Source: a virus (taxonomy: Duplodnaviria; Caudoviricetes). From it: DNA of 64,000 nt. Numbering within the stretch: the first letter of the stretch is position 1; each line of letters starts with the position of its first letter. The stretch covers positions 10,959 through 74,958 of the IMG/VR virus record IMGVR_UViG_3300031760_000035; one strand, 5' to 3'. Below, piece after piece: positions 40,684 through 52,000 of the stretch. A program made the position numbers and the translations under genes. Under the pieces are notes generated by a model, which ran no database searches, was not told the DNA's origin, and was given only the letters and a program-made list of their open reading frames with translations.

Positions 40684-40755
40684 TCATGTCCTGCGCTGTG
40701 GCGTGGCGATGTGCTCGGCAACCTGCGCTATGCGCTCTGGCACCGACAGCGCCAC
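40684..40755 (-). pseudogene. Orphaned duplicate of the endolysin 5' end
   Basis: GTG start, MALSVPERIAQVAEHIATPQRRT* versus MLTIPERIAQIAEHIARH. Confidence 0.8.
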
Positions 40756-40757
40756 GG

Positions 40758-40973
40758 TTAGTCACCGTCCGAGGGACTGGCCGTGAGCTGCGAGATGCCC
40801 ATGACGGCGCACAGGAACGTGTAAACGACGGCGATGGTACGGCTCACCTCGTCGGCGTAGGGCCAGCCCCAGATTCCAGCAAGACCGACGTAGAGGACGG
40901 AGATCGCGGGCATGATGATGGTCACGAAGTACTTGATCGCGTCGTACCACTTGTCGGGAAGGATGTAGGTCAT
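40758..40973 (-). CDS. Holin (Dp-1-like)
   Basis: 71 aa, two hydrophobic segments, LPDKWYDAIK. Confidence 0.85.
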   Translation of the reverse strand: MTYILPDKWYDAIKYFVTIIMPAISVLYVGLAGIWGWPYADEVSRTIAVVYTFLCAVMGISQLTASPSDGD

Positions 40974-41000
40974 TTCGTTTCCTCCATTCGTCTGCCAATG

Positions 41001-41021
41001 AAAAAGGCCCCGAAGGGCCTC
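41001..41021 (-). terminator. Intrinsic terminator GAGGCCCTTCGGGGCCTTTTT
   Basis: Stem, TTCG loop and T-run. Confidence 0.7.
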
Positions 41022-41033
41022 AAACAAACGCTT

Positions 41034-41438
41034 TTATATTTCGCGATCTGGAAGCTCGTCTATGCGCCTCATGTATCCGTCGATGAACCCGTTCGCATTT
41101 AGGGCTGCATACTTGCTGTGCATGTCGTTGAGCGACGATCTCTCTTCTGGGGTAAGCCAGCCTCGCGTCAGGTACTTCTCTATGTAGTGCAGCAAGCTGG
41201 TTCGCATGGTCGTTTGCGTTGCGTCCGTCAATGCGTCCAGCTTTTTATCCTGCTCGCACATGTTGCGCTCGATGCGGTCGCGCCACTCGGCCTCGGCGTC
41301 GCGCTTCCTCTGCGTCTCGGTCCTATCTTGGTCGCGCTTCTCATCGGCCCTCTTAAACCTCGCGTTGAGCCAGAGCTGCCCTGCGCACGTGAGGAGCGCC
41401 GCCGCTATCGGTGCGGCCCAAGTGATGATGTGGTCCAT
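41034..41438 (-). CDS. Holin-associated membrane/coiled-coil protein
   Basis: N-terminal transmembrane segment; YAALNANGFIDGYMRRI C-terminus. Confidence 0.65.
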   Translation of the reverse strand: MDHIITWAAPIAAALLTCAGQLWLNARFKRADEKRDQDRTETQRKRDAEAEWRDRIERNMCEQDKKLDALTDATQTTMRTSLLHYIEKYLTRGWLTPEERSSLNDMHSKYAALNANGFIDGYMRRIDELPDREI

Positions 41439-41445
41439 GGCACCC

Positions 41446-41649
41446 CTAGTGCTCGTAGCAGCGGCTGTCGATTAGCGTGCCGTCGCTGGCGAGCAGCGCC
41501 GCAGCGTGCTGTGGAATCGAGCTTATGGCAGCGGATGCTAATATACTATGATACTTACTTTCCGCCTCAGGACGCGTGTCGTGGGCAGTCACGAGGTTAC
41601 CAACGGTGCCATCCGATGCGGTCTGTATCTCGACGACAATATATTTCAT
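41446..41649 (-). CDS. Small hypothetical protein after the tail fibre gene
   Basis: MKYIVVEIQT..AESKYHSILASAAIS. Confidence 0.65.
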   Translation of the reverse strand: MKYIVVEIQTASDGTVGNLVTAHDTRPEAESKYHSILASAAISSIPQHAAALLASDGTLIDSRCYEH

Positions 41650-41660
41650 TCTTTCCTCCT

Positions 41661-44534
41661 TTATGATGCACTTGGCATGAGCCATGTGGTCGAGAACGTC
41701 AGCCACCTGCTTGTGGTCATCGCTACCTGCGTTCCTGAGCCGTTGCGATAGCGCGAGGCTGAGACGTTGCCGGACGGACTCACGCCTAGCAGCCAGATAT
41801 CCTGATTGCTGCCCTGACATAGGACATTGATGCTATCAAGCGGCCTGTACGCGGCTGGGATGGTACCAATGGTAAGCGATCCGCCTGCCTCCACCTCCGT
41901 ACTCGGCTTGACCGCACCGACGAGCTGGCACACGCAGCCCCAGCGGATGACGTGCGGGGTGTACGAGGAGCCATAAGCGAGGCAGTTGCTTCCGAGCGAC
42001 AGCGCCGCGCTGACTGGCTCATACTCGATGTAGTGCCAGCTGTCCCACTCGCCACTGTCAGGGTCGTAGTGCCGCCTGCGGAGCATGCCGCTGTGGAGCA
42101 GCGTCATCTGGGTGTGCGACGGGACGGATGAGGCTGCGTACCCGCCATTGGTCGCGGTGAGAGTGAGCCAGCCGCCTGACTGGCCGATGCGGGCCATGTA
42201 GTCCTTGCCATCCGTGCGCCCGTTATTATGGAAGTCTATGAGGTTCGCCACCTCTACGTTGTCATCAACGTAGACCTTACCGCCGACCGTGCACGAGCCA
42301 GCAGCGTTCACATTGCCGTCCCAGTCCACGGTGAAGGCGTTGCTGAAGTCCACTATCGACTCCCCGTTGCCGATGATAAAGGCATAGGTGCCGTTTTGGT
42401 CGGTAGCGTTGTGCCTACCTATCACCGTTTGGTTGTCCGACATTGCCTTCACCCACAGGCCGTGGGCGAAGGACTGCTTGCCCGCGGCCACCGCGCTGCT
42501 CCCTCCCGCATGGGAGTTCTCGCCCCTTGCCTCGGTGAAGTACCCCTCCGCGTGGGATGCCTTGCCAGATGCCTTGGAGTTCCATCCCTCCGCGTGGGAG
42601 TCCATGCCGGATGCCGCAGTCGAACTCCCCTCCGCGTGGGACGCGTTGCCAGATGCGTTGGCTAGTATCCCCTCCGCGTGGGAGTACGCGTTGGATGCCT
42701 TGGTCAAGCGTCCCTCTGCATGGCAGTCTGGGCCGGATGCCGCAGTCGAGTCCCCCTCGGCATGGCTACAGCCCCCAGATGCGGTGGTCCCCATACCCGT
42801 GGCGAACGACATGGCCCCGATGTTGCCCTTTCTGATTCCCATGGTGTATGCCTTCGCGTACTCAGACTCCGTGGTGTAGGTCACCGATAGGATGCTGCCC
42901 TTAGCTGGGGCCGTGGCCATGCGTATCATGGATTCCCCAACAAGCGAGTAGGTAGCGATTGTGTCGTCCACCGTGACCGAGGTGATTGAGTGCACCGCGA
43001 GTCTGAGGTAGAAGTCAGTGGTCGTGCCGTCGCCTTCGTACTGCTCGTTTAACGTCGCCTGCCCCTGCTCGTCGCGGAGGTCGCTCACGTGGAGGTAGGT
43101 CGTGCCCTCCTTGTCGGTGAGCTGCAAGCTGTGGTAGTCGATGATGGCATGGCTCTCCCCGTCCGCGCCAATCTGCATCGCTGGCCTGCTGACCTCGCGA
43201 AGGACGCTCGCGTACACCTCGACGTGGTAGGTGGTCCCGACCTCAAGGGCGTACTTGTACCAGTCCTCGTCGCTGTATTCGGACTCTTGGCTGCTGTCCT
43301 TGCACTGGTAGGCAAACGAGTATCGCGCGTCCGTGGGGAAGAGCGTCTGACCAGACGCGCCGAAATCGACCAGCCTTGCGTCGGTGACCTCAACGCCGTC
43401 GAGGTAGAGCTTGTAGCTGCTCACGTCAATCGGCTTGAGCTGCCTAAGCAGCTTCTCCATTGCGGACTGTTCGCGCTCGGTGCTGCCCATGGCTGGCACC
43501 GTCTTCGTCTCTGGGGAGTCGGTCATGTCGATTGCTGGCTCCCCGCCCTCATCGACTTCGGTTGGGGTCGCATTCGTCGTGAAGTCGCGCTCGTAGACCT
43601 TCACCTCGTCGCTGATGTAGTCGAGTCCGCTGACCCGCACGTAGTCCACGCCTCCGCCCGACTTGATGCGAAACGAGGTGTCATCCATCTGGGTGTGCGC
43701 GAAGCCGTCGAAGCCAATCTGCGAACCGCTCTCGCCGAAGCGCGCGTAGACGTTGCCCGAGTCATTGCCGTCACCGTCGAACATTGCGATGTCGCTGTTG
43801 TTCACGTTGTACGTCACGACAACCTCAGCGCCCCTAGCGGGTGCGGTGGAGAACGTGATGACGTTGCCTTCAAGGCTGTACGCCCGCGTTGGGCTGTTGC
43901 GGACGGTGACCGCCTTGACCCTCGTGGGGACGCTCGAAAGCTCGAACGTGACCGTAGAGCCGTTTCCGACGAACCTTTCGGTGACGGACTGCGCTGGAAG
44001 CAGGGCCAGAAGGTTGTTCGCGCCGCTCCTGAAAAGCTGCCCTATGGAGTTGATGAGCACGTTCGCACCAGTCTGCGCGCCAGCCCACTCCTCCTGAGTC
44101 ACCTCGGTTACGTGAATGCCTGAGTCATCCGTCCAGAAGTGTTGGCCCACGGCGGATGCGACCCTCTGAGCCGCAGCCGCTATGCCATTGGTAATCTCGG
44201 CACTGCGCACAGCGGCCTCGACTGCTCGGCTCAGCGGCAACACGATTGACGCGACGCCCCTGCTGCCAACGCTCGGGTCGCTGGCATTACCGACTACGGA
44301 CACCTGACCGCCGCCGATCTCGTAGCGCACCGCATCGCCCTCGGTCGCCTCTGCCAGCACCGAGCCGTCTACGGGCGTCTCGAAGTCGTTGCCCGGTAGC
44401 CGCACCCACGCGGTGCCGTCATCGTCGCGACGGACGAAGGTTGCGGTTCCTGACTGGGGCTGCTTCTCGACGGACTTTCCGCTGCGGAGCCTGTCGGCGA
44501 GACGCCATGCAACAGGCACGCTTATCTTCTCCAA
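41661..44534 (-). CDS. Tail fibre / receptor-binding protein
   Basis: 957 aa; about eight 14-aa SHAEG (YadA-head-like) repeats near 42460-42790; repeated YxGDG/FVGNG modules. Confidence 0.75.
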   Translation of the reverse strand: MEKISVPVAWRLADRLRSGKSVEKQPQSGTATFVRRDDDGTAWVRLPGNDFETPVDGSVLAEATEGDAVRYEIGGGQVSVVGNASDPSVGSRGVASIVLPLSRAVEAAVRSAEITNGIAAAAQRVASAVGQHFWTDDSGIHVTEVTQEEWAGAQTGANVLINSIGQLFRSGANNLLALLPAQSVTERFVGNGSTVTFELSSVPTRVKAVTVRNSPTRAYSLEGNVITFSTAPARGAEVVVTYNVNNSDIAMFDGDGNDSGNVYARFGESGSQIGFDGFAHTQMDDTSFRIKSGGGVDYVRVSGLDYISDEVKVYERDFTTNATPTEVDEGGEPAIDMTDSPETKTVPAMGSTEREQSAMEKLLRQLKPIDVSSYKLYLDGVEVTDARLVDFGASGQTLFPTDARYSFAYQCKDSSQESEYSDEDWYKYALEVGTTYHVEVYASVLREVSRPAMQIGADGESHAIIDYHSLQLTDKEGTTYLHVSDLRDEQGQATLNEQYEGDGTTTDFYLRLAVHSITSVTVDDTIATYSLVGESMIRMATAPAKGSILSVTYTTESEYAKAYTMGIRKGNIGAMSFATGMGTTASGGCSHAEGDSTAASGPDCHAEGRLTKASNAYSHAEGILANASGNASHAEGSSTAASGMDSHAEGWNSKASGKASHAEGYFTEARGENSHAGGSSAVAAGKQSFAHGLWVKAMSDNQTVIGRHNATDQNGTYAFIIGNGESIVDFSNAFTVDWDGNVNAAGSCTVGGKVYVDDNVEVANLIDFHNNGRTDGKDYMARIGQSGGWLTLTATNGGYAASSVPSHTQMTLLHSGMLRRRHYDPDSGEWDSWHYIEYEPVSAALSLGSNCLAYGSSYTPHVIRWGCVCQLVGAVKPSTEVEAGGSLTIGTIPAAYRPLDSINVLCQGSNQDIWLLGVSPSGNVSASRYRNGSGTQVAMTTSRWLTFSTTWLMPSAS

Positions 44535-45568
44535 AGCGCAACCTCCCTAGCCGCTTCCTCCGTTACGCTTATGCCATACGAGCAGTCGATAGACTGCTTC
44601 AACACACGCATGTCGCCGTCGAGGCTCACTGATGGCATGGAGCCGTGGACAACCGAGTGCGGATATATGTCAGGCCACCACTTGCGCGTGTATGTCCTCT
44701 TGTCATTGGCGAGGGACATTTCCTCTAGTCGGCGGCAGCAGTACCCGTAGAGCGTTTCGCCGTTGACGCGCACGGGGCTTCCGTCGTACTCGTCGTGCGG
44801 GTACCCCCTTGCGACCGTGCTCACCTCGCTGTCTGGGTCATCGTTGACGGCAACCTCAAGCAGCTTGTCTTGCCGCGCGTAGTATCGGTTCGGGACGCCA
44901 GTGAGGTCGTAGTCCGACGCGACGTTAGGCTCAAGGAGCCGTGCGTTCGCCCTGTCGAGGAGGAGGCCGACTGTCGTTGGCCTGTTCATGAGGTGCACGG
45001 TGCCGTCGCCGTGAATCTGCATCACGCAGTTGCATGCGTCGAGCACCATATGCACCGCATCCAGGGCAGACACACCGGCGTCGAACACGACGTTCTGCGC
45101 GAGAACGGGGTCGTTCGCGCTATCGACGTAGACGGGTGCCGCCAGGCATTGCCTGAGAAGCCTAGCGGCCTGGTCCATGCACCCAGCGCCCTGCGGAAAG
45201 TACGAGCCAGCGACCATCACGCGAACTGACGCTGGGTAGAGAACGGAGTCGCCCTTTACGTCGTGCGACGCCCTTCCCTTGTCGTTCTCCTTGCGACTGC
45301 TCTGGCAGTACAGCGTGGCAACGTCAACTCGCTCGGCCATGCCGCCCTGCTGCGGGTAGAGCACTATGCGGTAGTAGCCTGGATCGAAGTCGGCAGTCGG
45401 TGCCGTGTCCGCCGTGAACGTGCCGGACTCCATGAGGGGGTTCGTGTCGCCGCAGTCGCGCTCGACGGTGGCCGAGGTGATGCCGCTGACAACGGGGCCG
45501 TCCGCCCACGTGCTCTCGTCAACGCGATAGACCCGCCACACGGACGAGTAGCCTCTGCCCCAGTCCAT
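44522..45568 (-). CDS. Baseplate hub / tail protein
   Basis: Position after the tape measure region; 348 aa. Confidence 0.6.
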   Translation of the reverse strand: MDWGRGYSSVWRVYRVDESTWADGPVVSGITSATVERDCGDTNPLMESGTFTADTAPTADFDPGYYRIVLYPQQGGMAERVDVATLYCQSSRKENDKGRASHDVKGDSVLYPASVRVMVAGSYFPQGAGCMDQAARLLRQCLAAPVYVDSANDPVLAQNVVFDAGVSALDAVHMVLDACNCVMQIHGDGTVHLMNRPTTVGLLLDRANARLLEPNVASDYDLTGVPNRYYARQDKLLEVAVNDDPDSEVSTVARGYPHDEYDGSPVRVNGETLYGYCCRRLEEMSLANDKRTYTRKWWPDIYPHSVVHGSMPSVSLDGDMRVLKQSIDCSYGISVTEEAAREVALWRR

Positions 45569-48500
45569 CAGGCCCCTTCCACGATACCCATGTACTCTTC
45601 GGCAAGCTCGACCTCAGTTGCATCGAGGGACACGCCGTAGGCGAGCGACTTGTAATCGGTCGATACGGTGTTGACCGCGACGTTCGCCATGTACGCATGC
45701 CCGTCAGCCGTGCGCACGAAGCACGCACCGGCATAGCGGGCGAGCGAGCGGACATCCTCGATGCGGTCGCGCTCCATGATCTTTATGAGGTCTGTCGTAA
45801 ACCCTCCCGTGTGCATAGCACCGGCGTTCCAGAAGCCGTCTATGCTGCCGTCCATGTACCTACGGGCCTCGAAGTCCTTTGAGTAGGAGTCAGTCGGAAC
45901 GATGTTGTACGGAAGCTCGACGTACCTGCTGCCGAACTCGATGCGCAGCGCATGGTACTTGAGCACATACGGATAGTCGTGCCATGACATGTCGCCGTCG
46001 CCAGTCCGCAGGCAGACGCGATAGGCAAGCTCGTCGCGCTTGCTGTACGGAGCGTAAGGGTCAGTGACGGTATCGCCAGCAGCGGCGTCGCTGTATATGA
46101 GGTAGATGCCATCGGTGGTCACACGGTAGACATCGAACCTGTCATCGTCATCGAAGTCGCTGCGGTCACCGATCTCGACGGTGGCGTAGAGCCTGTGGTT
46201 GCCAGCCTCATCCCACTCGTCGTGCGGCGTGACAACGGCATCGGAGTCCGTCAGTGCGGGTGCTTGCCGCGCCCACTCGACCTGGAACTCCGCGCGCATG
46301 GCTTCCGACGTGAGCCTGCTCGTACGGTTTGTGGCCGTTGCGGTGACCTCGTACGTGGCCCCGTCCCACAAGTCAAGCCCCTCCGGCAGCTCGACCGTAG
46401 CCATGTATGCGTACCCGACCGACATGTACTCTTCCAGCGCGGCCTCGGCGGCTTCCACCGAAGCAGCAACGTCCTTGTCAAGGCCGGTTGTGTCTATCGC
46501 GAGAACGAGCGTGCCATCCTTGTACGCCGTGTAGTCTGCGGCGTTGGAGAACGTGACCGTTATCGTGTCTGACTCGTCGCCGCTCCTGTCGATTGCCGTG
46601 GTCACACTGGCTGCGGAAGGCTCTGACCACTCGCCGTCAGCATATGCGCTTGCCATAGTCGCATCGACCGTCTGGATGGACTCGCCCTTGCTTACGCTGA
46701 TGACGATGCTCCCGTCCGCGTCGTTCTGCTCGATTGAATCGAACCATGCGACATCGCCGAACCTGCCTGTGAACGACTCCATAGCAGCCGGGTCGCCGAC
46801 ATCCATCGCAAATCTGGTGCTCTGAACCTCGTATGCGTCCCGCGCGTCATCGATGTCCTGCTGCAACTGCTCGTACTGGTCGGTCTTGGTGGCGTCGAAT
46901 GCGCTCCAAGATGGGGTCTTTACGCCACTCCAAACCGCATCGCCGTCCGTCTGGAAGTCCTCGCCCCAAGGCATGTCGCCACGGCAACCAAGCGCACGGA
47001 GAACGATTGAAAGCCTCGGTTGCTGGTCGCTGTAGAACTGGATGTGCGCCGGTTGCGAGGTGGCTGTTCCAGCGTAGACCGCGAGCACGGGCTTGTCGGC
47101 AACGCGGGCGGTCACGGTCGCCGACTCCCTCCACGCTCCGCTGGTCTTGACGCGGACGCGGAGCTTCACCGAGTCGGACGGCCCGCCGTACTTCCGCACG
47201 AGGGTGACCAGGCTCTTTACGCCTCGTACGCCGCCAGCGCTCGCATCAGGGATCGTGAAGGCACCCTTGGCGTCCGTACCTGCGGCGACAATCCATTCGG
47301 GGTTGGTCGTTGTCTTGCCGCCCGAAGTCTTGCTGTAGGCACCGGCTGGCACGAAAAGCTCCCACCCGGTCTGCTTGTCTGCCAGCTTCTCCTCGACGTT
47401 CTCGCGGGAGTCCGGCTGGAACGTCCAGGTCAGCGGTATCCCCTCGCCGTGCGGCGTGTAGCTCGGCGCGACGAGCGATACGGAATCTGGACGCGGCTTG
47501 GCCTTGGTGCTGGATGACGAGTCATCATCGGGGTCGGCGAGAGTCGTGCACTCCCTGATCGCGGAATAGGAGCTGTAGGTGCGGTCCTTATCGGCGAGGT
47601 CAAGGTATCTGCGCGCACGGAAGTAGTACGTCTTGTTCGGGTCGAGTCCACGCACGGTCACCACGCACTTGCCCTTGTACCTCGTGACACCACTGCGCGT
47701 GTAGGTGGACTTGTCCGTTGCCCAGGTCGCATCGAAACTGTCCGGCTGGTCAGTGCTCGTCCATGCGTCCTTGTACTCGGACCACGTAATCTCGGTCCCT
47801 GTGTTCTTGTTATCCTCGTCGTACTCGGTGGTGACAACGACAGATGTGCCGTCCTTGCCAGCCGCGCACTTGGTCACGGTGCATCCGTCGCCAGCGGCGG
47901 ACGGCGACTTGGTTTCGAGCGTCTTTAGGCGCACGGGCGACGAGTAGCGGTAGAAGATGTTCTCGATCTGGTTCCAGCTCTTGAGTCGAATCCATGTGTA
48001 GGTATCGACCGCAGGGCGGACATCGGCGACCGTGCACGAGATGGCGCAGCAGTCGCCATCGTCCTGGATGTCGAGGTCTTCCCATTCCGCGTCGGACGGG
48101 ATCTGCGACTCCGACGTGTACGTGCTGCTCTTTAGCACCTGCAAGCGGACGCCGGTGACGGGATGCTGCGGTGCCTTCGAGGTCGCCTGCTGTAGGTTGA
48201 CCCAGCACGTCACCTTGTCGGTGCTCGACTTGCTCGGGATGCCGACGCTTGTAATCTTCGGTATCTTCGGGTAGGACACGTAGAGCGTCCTGCTCCGCGT
48301 GTCGGAGTCGCCCCACCAGCCGCGAGTGTGCGCGTCAACGACTATGCGCACGTAATCGTCATAGCTCAGGCCCATGCGGTCGAACACGTCGAACTCGACG
48401 CCGCCAGTGGCGGAGCGTGCAACGACGCCGTGCAGCACAGACGTTCGCTTCTTCGGCTCGTAACGAGTGTCATAGACGGTCCTCGTCCACCAGGCGCTTT

Positions 48501-49050
48501 CGGCCTCGGCTCGACCCTCCCCCTTCGGGCATGTGACCTTGCAGCTCACGTGGCCCGTCGCGGCGTCCTGCGTAAGCGCGGTCACGGTTGGGACTCCCGG
48601 CTTCGCGGTGTCCATGACAGTCGTTGTGGCTGGACCCTTGCCCTTGCGGTTGGTGTAGCGAACCGTGCAGCGCACGCTCTTGAGGTGCCAGCCCTTGCGC
48701 CACTCGTGCGTGGCGTCGGATTTGCCTGGGTAATAGTGGTCACGATGCCATATGGTCTTCTGCCCGCGCGCGGTGAACCAGTCGAGGTTGACCGTCGCGC
48801 TGGTCTGCGTGACGTCGTAATACCTCTGGTCTACATGCTCGACCGACGTGTTCTTGTTGCCATGCCATTGCAGCATAAGCTCCCAGTGGATTTCCACGCC
48901 CTCGGCGCGCGCAGCGTTCTGCCGGTCGCTCACCCACGACTGGTTCTTCCACGTAACGGTAACGTCACGGGATGTTCCAGACTTGCGCTTCGGCGAACTC
49001 ATGTAGGCAAGTCGCGAGGTAGGTGCCTTGGTTATCGCCTTGTCTGCCAT
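45568..49050 (-). CDS. Large tail/baseplate protein with Ig/FN3-like repeats
   Basis: 1160 aa, beta-rich, 'LDPNKTYYFRARRY'. Confidence 0.6.
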   Translation of the reverse strand: MADKAITKAPTSRLAYMSSPKRKSGTSRDVTVTWKNQSWVSDRQNAARAEGVEIHWELMLQWHGNKNTSVEHVDQRYYDVTQTSATVNLDWFTARGQKTIWHRDHYYPGKSDATHEWRKGWHLKSVRCTVRYTNRKGKGPATTTVMDTAKPGVPTVTALTQDAATGHVSCKVTCPKGEGRAEAESAWWTRTVYDTRYEPKKRTSVLHGVVARSATGGVEFDVFDRMGLSYDDYVRIVVDAHTRGWWGDSDTRSRTLYVSYPKIPKITSVGIPSKSSTDKVTCWVNLQQATSKAPQHPVTGVRLQVLKSSTYTSESQIPSDAEWEDLDIQDDGDCCAISCTVADVRPAVDTYTWIRLKSWNQIENIFYRYSSPVRLKTLETKSPSAAGDGCTVTKCAAGKDGTSVVVTTEYDEDNKNTGTEITWSEYKDAWTSTDQPDSFDATWATDKSTYTRSGVTRYKGKCVVTVRGLDPNKTYYFRARRYLDLADKDRTYSSYSAIRECTTLADPDDDSSSSTKAKPRPDSVSLVAPSYTPHGEGIPLTWTFQPDSRENVEEKLADKQTGWELFVPAGAYSKTSGGKTTTNPEWIVAAGTDAKGAFTIPDASAGGVRGVKSLVTLVRKYGGPSDSVKLRVRVKTSGAWRESATVTARVADKPVLAVYAGTATSQPAHIQFYSDQQPRLSIVLRALGCRGDMPWGEDFQTDGDAVWSGVKTPSWSAFDATKTDQYEQLQQDIDDARDAYEVQSTRFAMDVGDPAAMESFTGRFGDVAWFDSIEQNDADGSIVISVSKGESIQTVDATMASAYADGEWSEPSAASVTTAIDRSGDESDTITVTFSNAADYTAYKDGTLVLAIDTTGLDKDVAASVEAAEAALEEYMSVGYAYMATVELPEGLDLWDGATYEVTATATNRTSRLTSEAMRAEFQVEWARQAPALTDSDAVVTPHDEWDEAGNHRLYATVEIGDRSDFDDDDRFDVYRVTTDGIYLIYSDAAAGDTVTDPYAPYSKRDELAYRVCLRTGDGDMSWHDYPYVLKYHALRIEFGSRYVELPYNIVPTDSYSKDFEARRYMDGSIDGFWNAGAMHTGGFTTDLIKIMERDRIEDVRSLARYAGACFVRTADGHAYMANVAVNTVSTDYKSLAYGVSLDATEVELAEEYMGIVEGA

Positions 49051-49063
49051 GGCTACCCCCTTC

Positions 49064-52000
49064 TTAGAATCCCAGGAGCCTGAGCTTGCGTTCGATGGCG
49101 TCTGCCGTCTCGTCTGGGCCGCTCACGCCGTTGACGGTGATGGAAATGCTCGGCCCCTGCTGCTGGTCGCCCAGCTTCTTCGCGACCGCATCGGATATGT
49201 CGTTGATGTACGGCATCGAGTACTTGCGGTTCGTGAGCGGGACGAGACTGTTGCCGCTGTACAGCTCAGCGCCGTCCTCGCCAACCCATCCGATGTTCGT
49301 CAGGGTGGGCCGCGTGAAGATGCCTGCCGCGTGCTTGGGCATGCGGTCGTACGGGATGTACGCGCCAGTGGCAGAGCGGCCGGGCCTTATCGTCTGCGTG
49401 ACAACGTTGTTGGTCGTGAGCGTGATCGTCTTCGACTTCATGTTGCTCGCCGCGTTAACGAGGTTCCAGATGCGGTCTGCCGCAGTGCTGCTGGACACAA
49501 CGTTGCCGACTGCGCTGTAGGAGGCCGTCTTGTTGGACATCCCCTTCGCGGCGTTGTTTAGTGCGGCGATGTTGTTTGCAGGCGTCTTGCTTGTTGCCGC
49601 GTTGCCGCTTGCGGTGAACGAAGCCCGCGTGTCGTTCATCTTTCCAGCGCTGTCGGCGAGCGCCTTGACGTTCTTTGCCGCAGCCGAGATGCCGGTCTGC
49701 TTCGCGATGATCCTGACGGGCTTCACCTCTGGGATGGACGCAAGCGCCTCGATGACGCCGCCCGCCGCGCTCGTGTCTGCCGTGACGGTTACGTTGACCG
49801 GGCGCTCCTGCTGCACCTGTTCGAGCGTCGCGTTAAGCTCATCGAGGGCCGACGTGTCGGTTGCGACGATGACCTTAACCTCAGTCTCGGAGGGCACGCC
49901 GTTCGTCGCTGTGCTAACGTCGCCGTCCTGCTTGGTGGTGACCGTCTGCTCGATTGGCTCGGACTCGATCTTCTCCTTGGTTTCGGCTGCTTGCGCCTCT
50001 GCCTCGGACGTGTCTGCCGTCACGTCGATTGACGCCTCGGCGGACTCGGCCTCGCCCTTCGCCTCATCGATGCCCTCGCTGACGCCACTGCTGTCGGCCT
50101 TGAGGGTAACGGGCTTCCATTCGCCAGCACTCTCGTCCCACCGCACGTGAACGTCGTTGATGTACGCCCAACCGTTCTCGTCAAAGGTGACGTTCGCAGA
50201 CTTCTCCTCGAAGTCAGTGTCGTTGTACTCTGCGATGAGCGTGACCAGCGTTCCTATGTCGCCGCCAGCCTGATCGACAAGCTGCTTGAACGCGGAGCCG
50301 GACATGTTGGCGAACTGCTCCTCGCTGACGCCAGCCCACTCTAGGCTCTGCGCGAGTCCCCTGATGCCATCGTCGCTGAGTCCCATGATGCTCTCAAGGG
50401 CCTCGTGCATGACGCGGTTCGTCTGCATGACTCCCTCGCGCACGCCATAGCCAGAGCCGTCGAGGTATGCGCTCGCATCCGCGACGCCGCTCATCTCCTT
50501 GCTGACCATCTCAAGCTGCTCGCCGTACTCTCGATACGCCGTGCGAAGCTCGGCGAGGTCCTGCCTGCGCTTCTGGTAGCCTTCGTCGCTATCCTTGAGT
50601 GCCTTGGTGAACTGGACCTCGTTCGTATACGCGCCGCTCTCCTTGGCTGCGTCGCGCTTCATGTCCACATAGTCGCTCAGGGCCTTCCTTGCCTGATCGA
50701 CTGCCAGCTTGGATTCCATCTGGCCCTTGTACGTCTCTGAGTAGATGTCCTCAAGCGCGTTGAGCTTGGCTTCGCGCTTCTTGGACTCAATGAGCTTGTC
50801 GATGGCGTCCTTGAGGTCGATGGCGTTGCCCTCGGCGTCCTTGTAGGAGCCAGCGAGAACGTCGTTTATGTCGTACGTCTCGCCAGTTATCTCGGCCAGT
50901 CCGTCGAGCGCCCATTGAAGCTCACCGACGCTGCCCGTGAACTTGTCGCCCTTGCCAACCGCGTTGTCGATGACCTCCTGGTACTTGCTGAGCATGCCAA
51001 GGGACTCGTTCATGCTGTCGCGGGTGCTCTGGTTTGCTTCGGTGTGATTCTTCACCGTGTCAAGGTACTCGTCCATCTTGACACGTGCGGCTGACCACTC
51101 ATCGCCGTAGCCCTTGATGTCCTTCGAGCTTGTAGCGAGGTCGCGGCCAAGGTCCTTCGTCGCGCTCTGAATGCCAAGCAGGGCTTCCGTGTAGTCATCG
51201 GAGTGCTTCTTGGCCTCCATCATGTTGGAGACGTAGTAGCCGCCGACAAGAGCCGCCAGTGCGCCGAGTGCTGTGACAGTCGCGCCGACTGGCGTGAGCA
51301 TGAACGACAGCGCGGCACCGAAGCCGGACACACCGCCCTCTGCCGTGGCGAACGCCTCGCCGAGCGTCGCGACATCGCCATTGGCAAGCAGGCTAAAGGC
51401 TGCGCCGAGGTCGCCGATGCCGTTCTTCACGTTAACGAACGTCTTTACCGCGCCGCCGACGCTGCCCGTAATCATCGTCTTGAAGTTGCCACCGAACGCG
51501 GTCATAATCGGCTGCGCCACGGCGAATGCCGCGAACAGGCCACCGACTCCGACAGCAAGGCTTCTCGTGTCATCATCGAGACTGTTTACGAATCCAGTGA
51601 GGGCATTGAGCGCGGCAGCGCCCGCGTCAAGGTACGGCACCAGTGCTGGGCCGAACGACGCCGCGAGCACCTGCGCGGAGTTCTCCAACTTTGCGAGCGA
51701 GCCGGAGAAGCCTTTTGCCTTGCGCTCGGCCTCCTCTGCCGCTGCGCCGATTCCGCTTGTGCCGTCGATGAAGCCGTCCCATGCGCCCTGCGAGATGTCG
51801 ATCGCCTTATCGACGTTCTCGACGGTGCTGGAAAGGCCGAGTAGGGTCTGCGTGATTCGCACGCCCTCGATGCCAAGGTCCTCAAGGCGTCCAAGGGAGT
51901 CCTCGCCAAGCTCATCGATGCCGCCGATGAACGCACGAAGCGCGTCTGTCGGGCGGTCGCGCCAAGACGCCGCGAACTCCTCGGCGCTCATGTGCGCCGT

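Noticed and set aside
39972-40755. Group I intron in the endolysin gene
   Set aside because: The downstream copy has a complete N-terminus and its own SD; no P/Q/R/S core recognised
41661-49050. Diversity-generating retroelement acting on tail genes
   Set aside because: No reverse transcriptase and no TR/VR pair seen; the SHAEG repeats are ordinary fibre repeats
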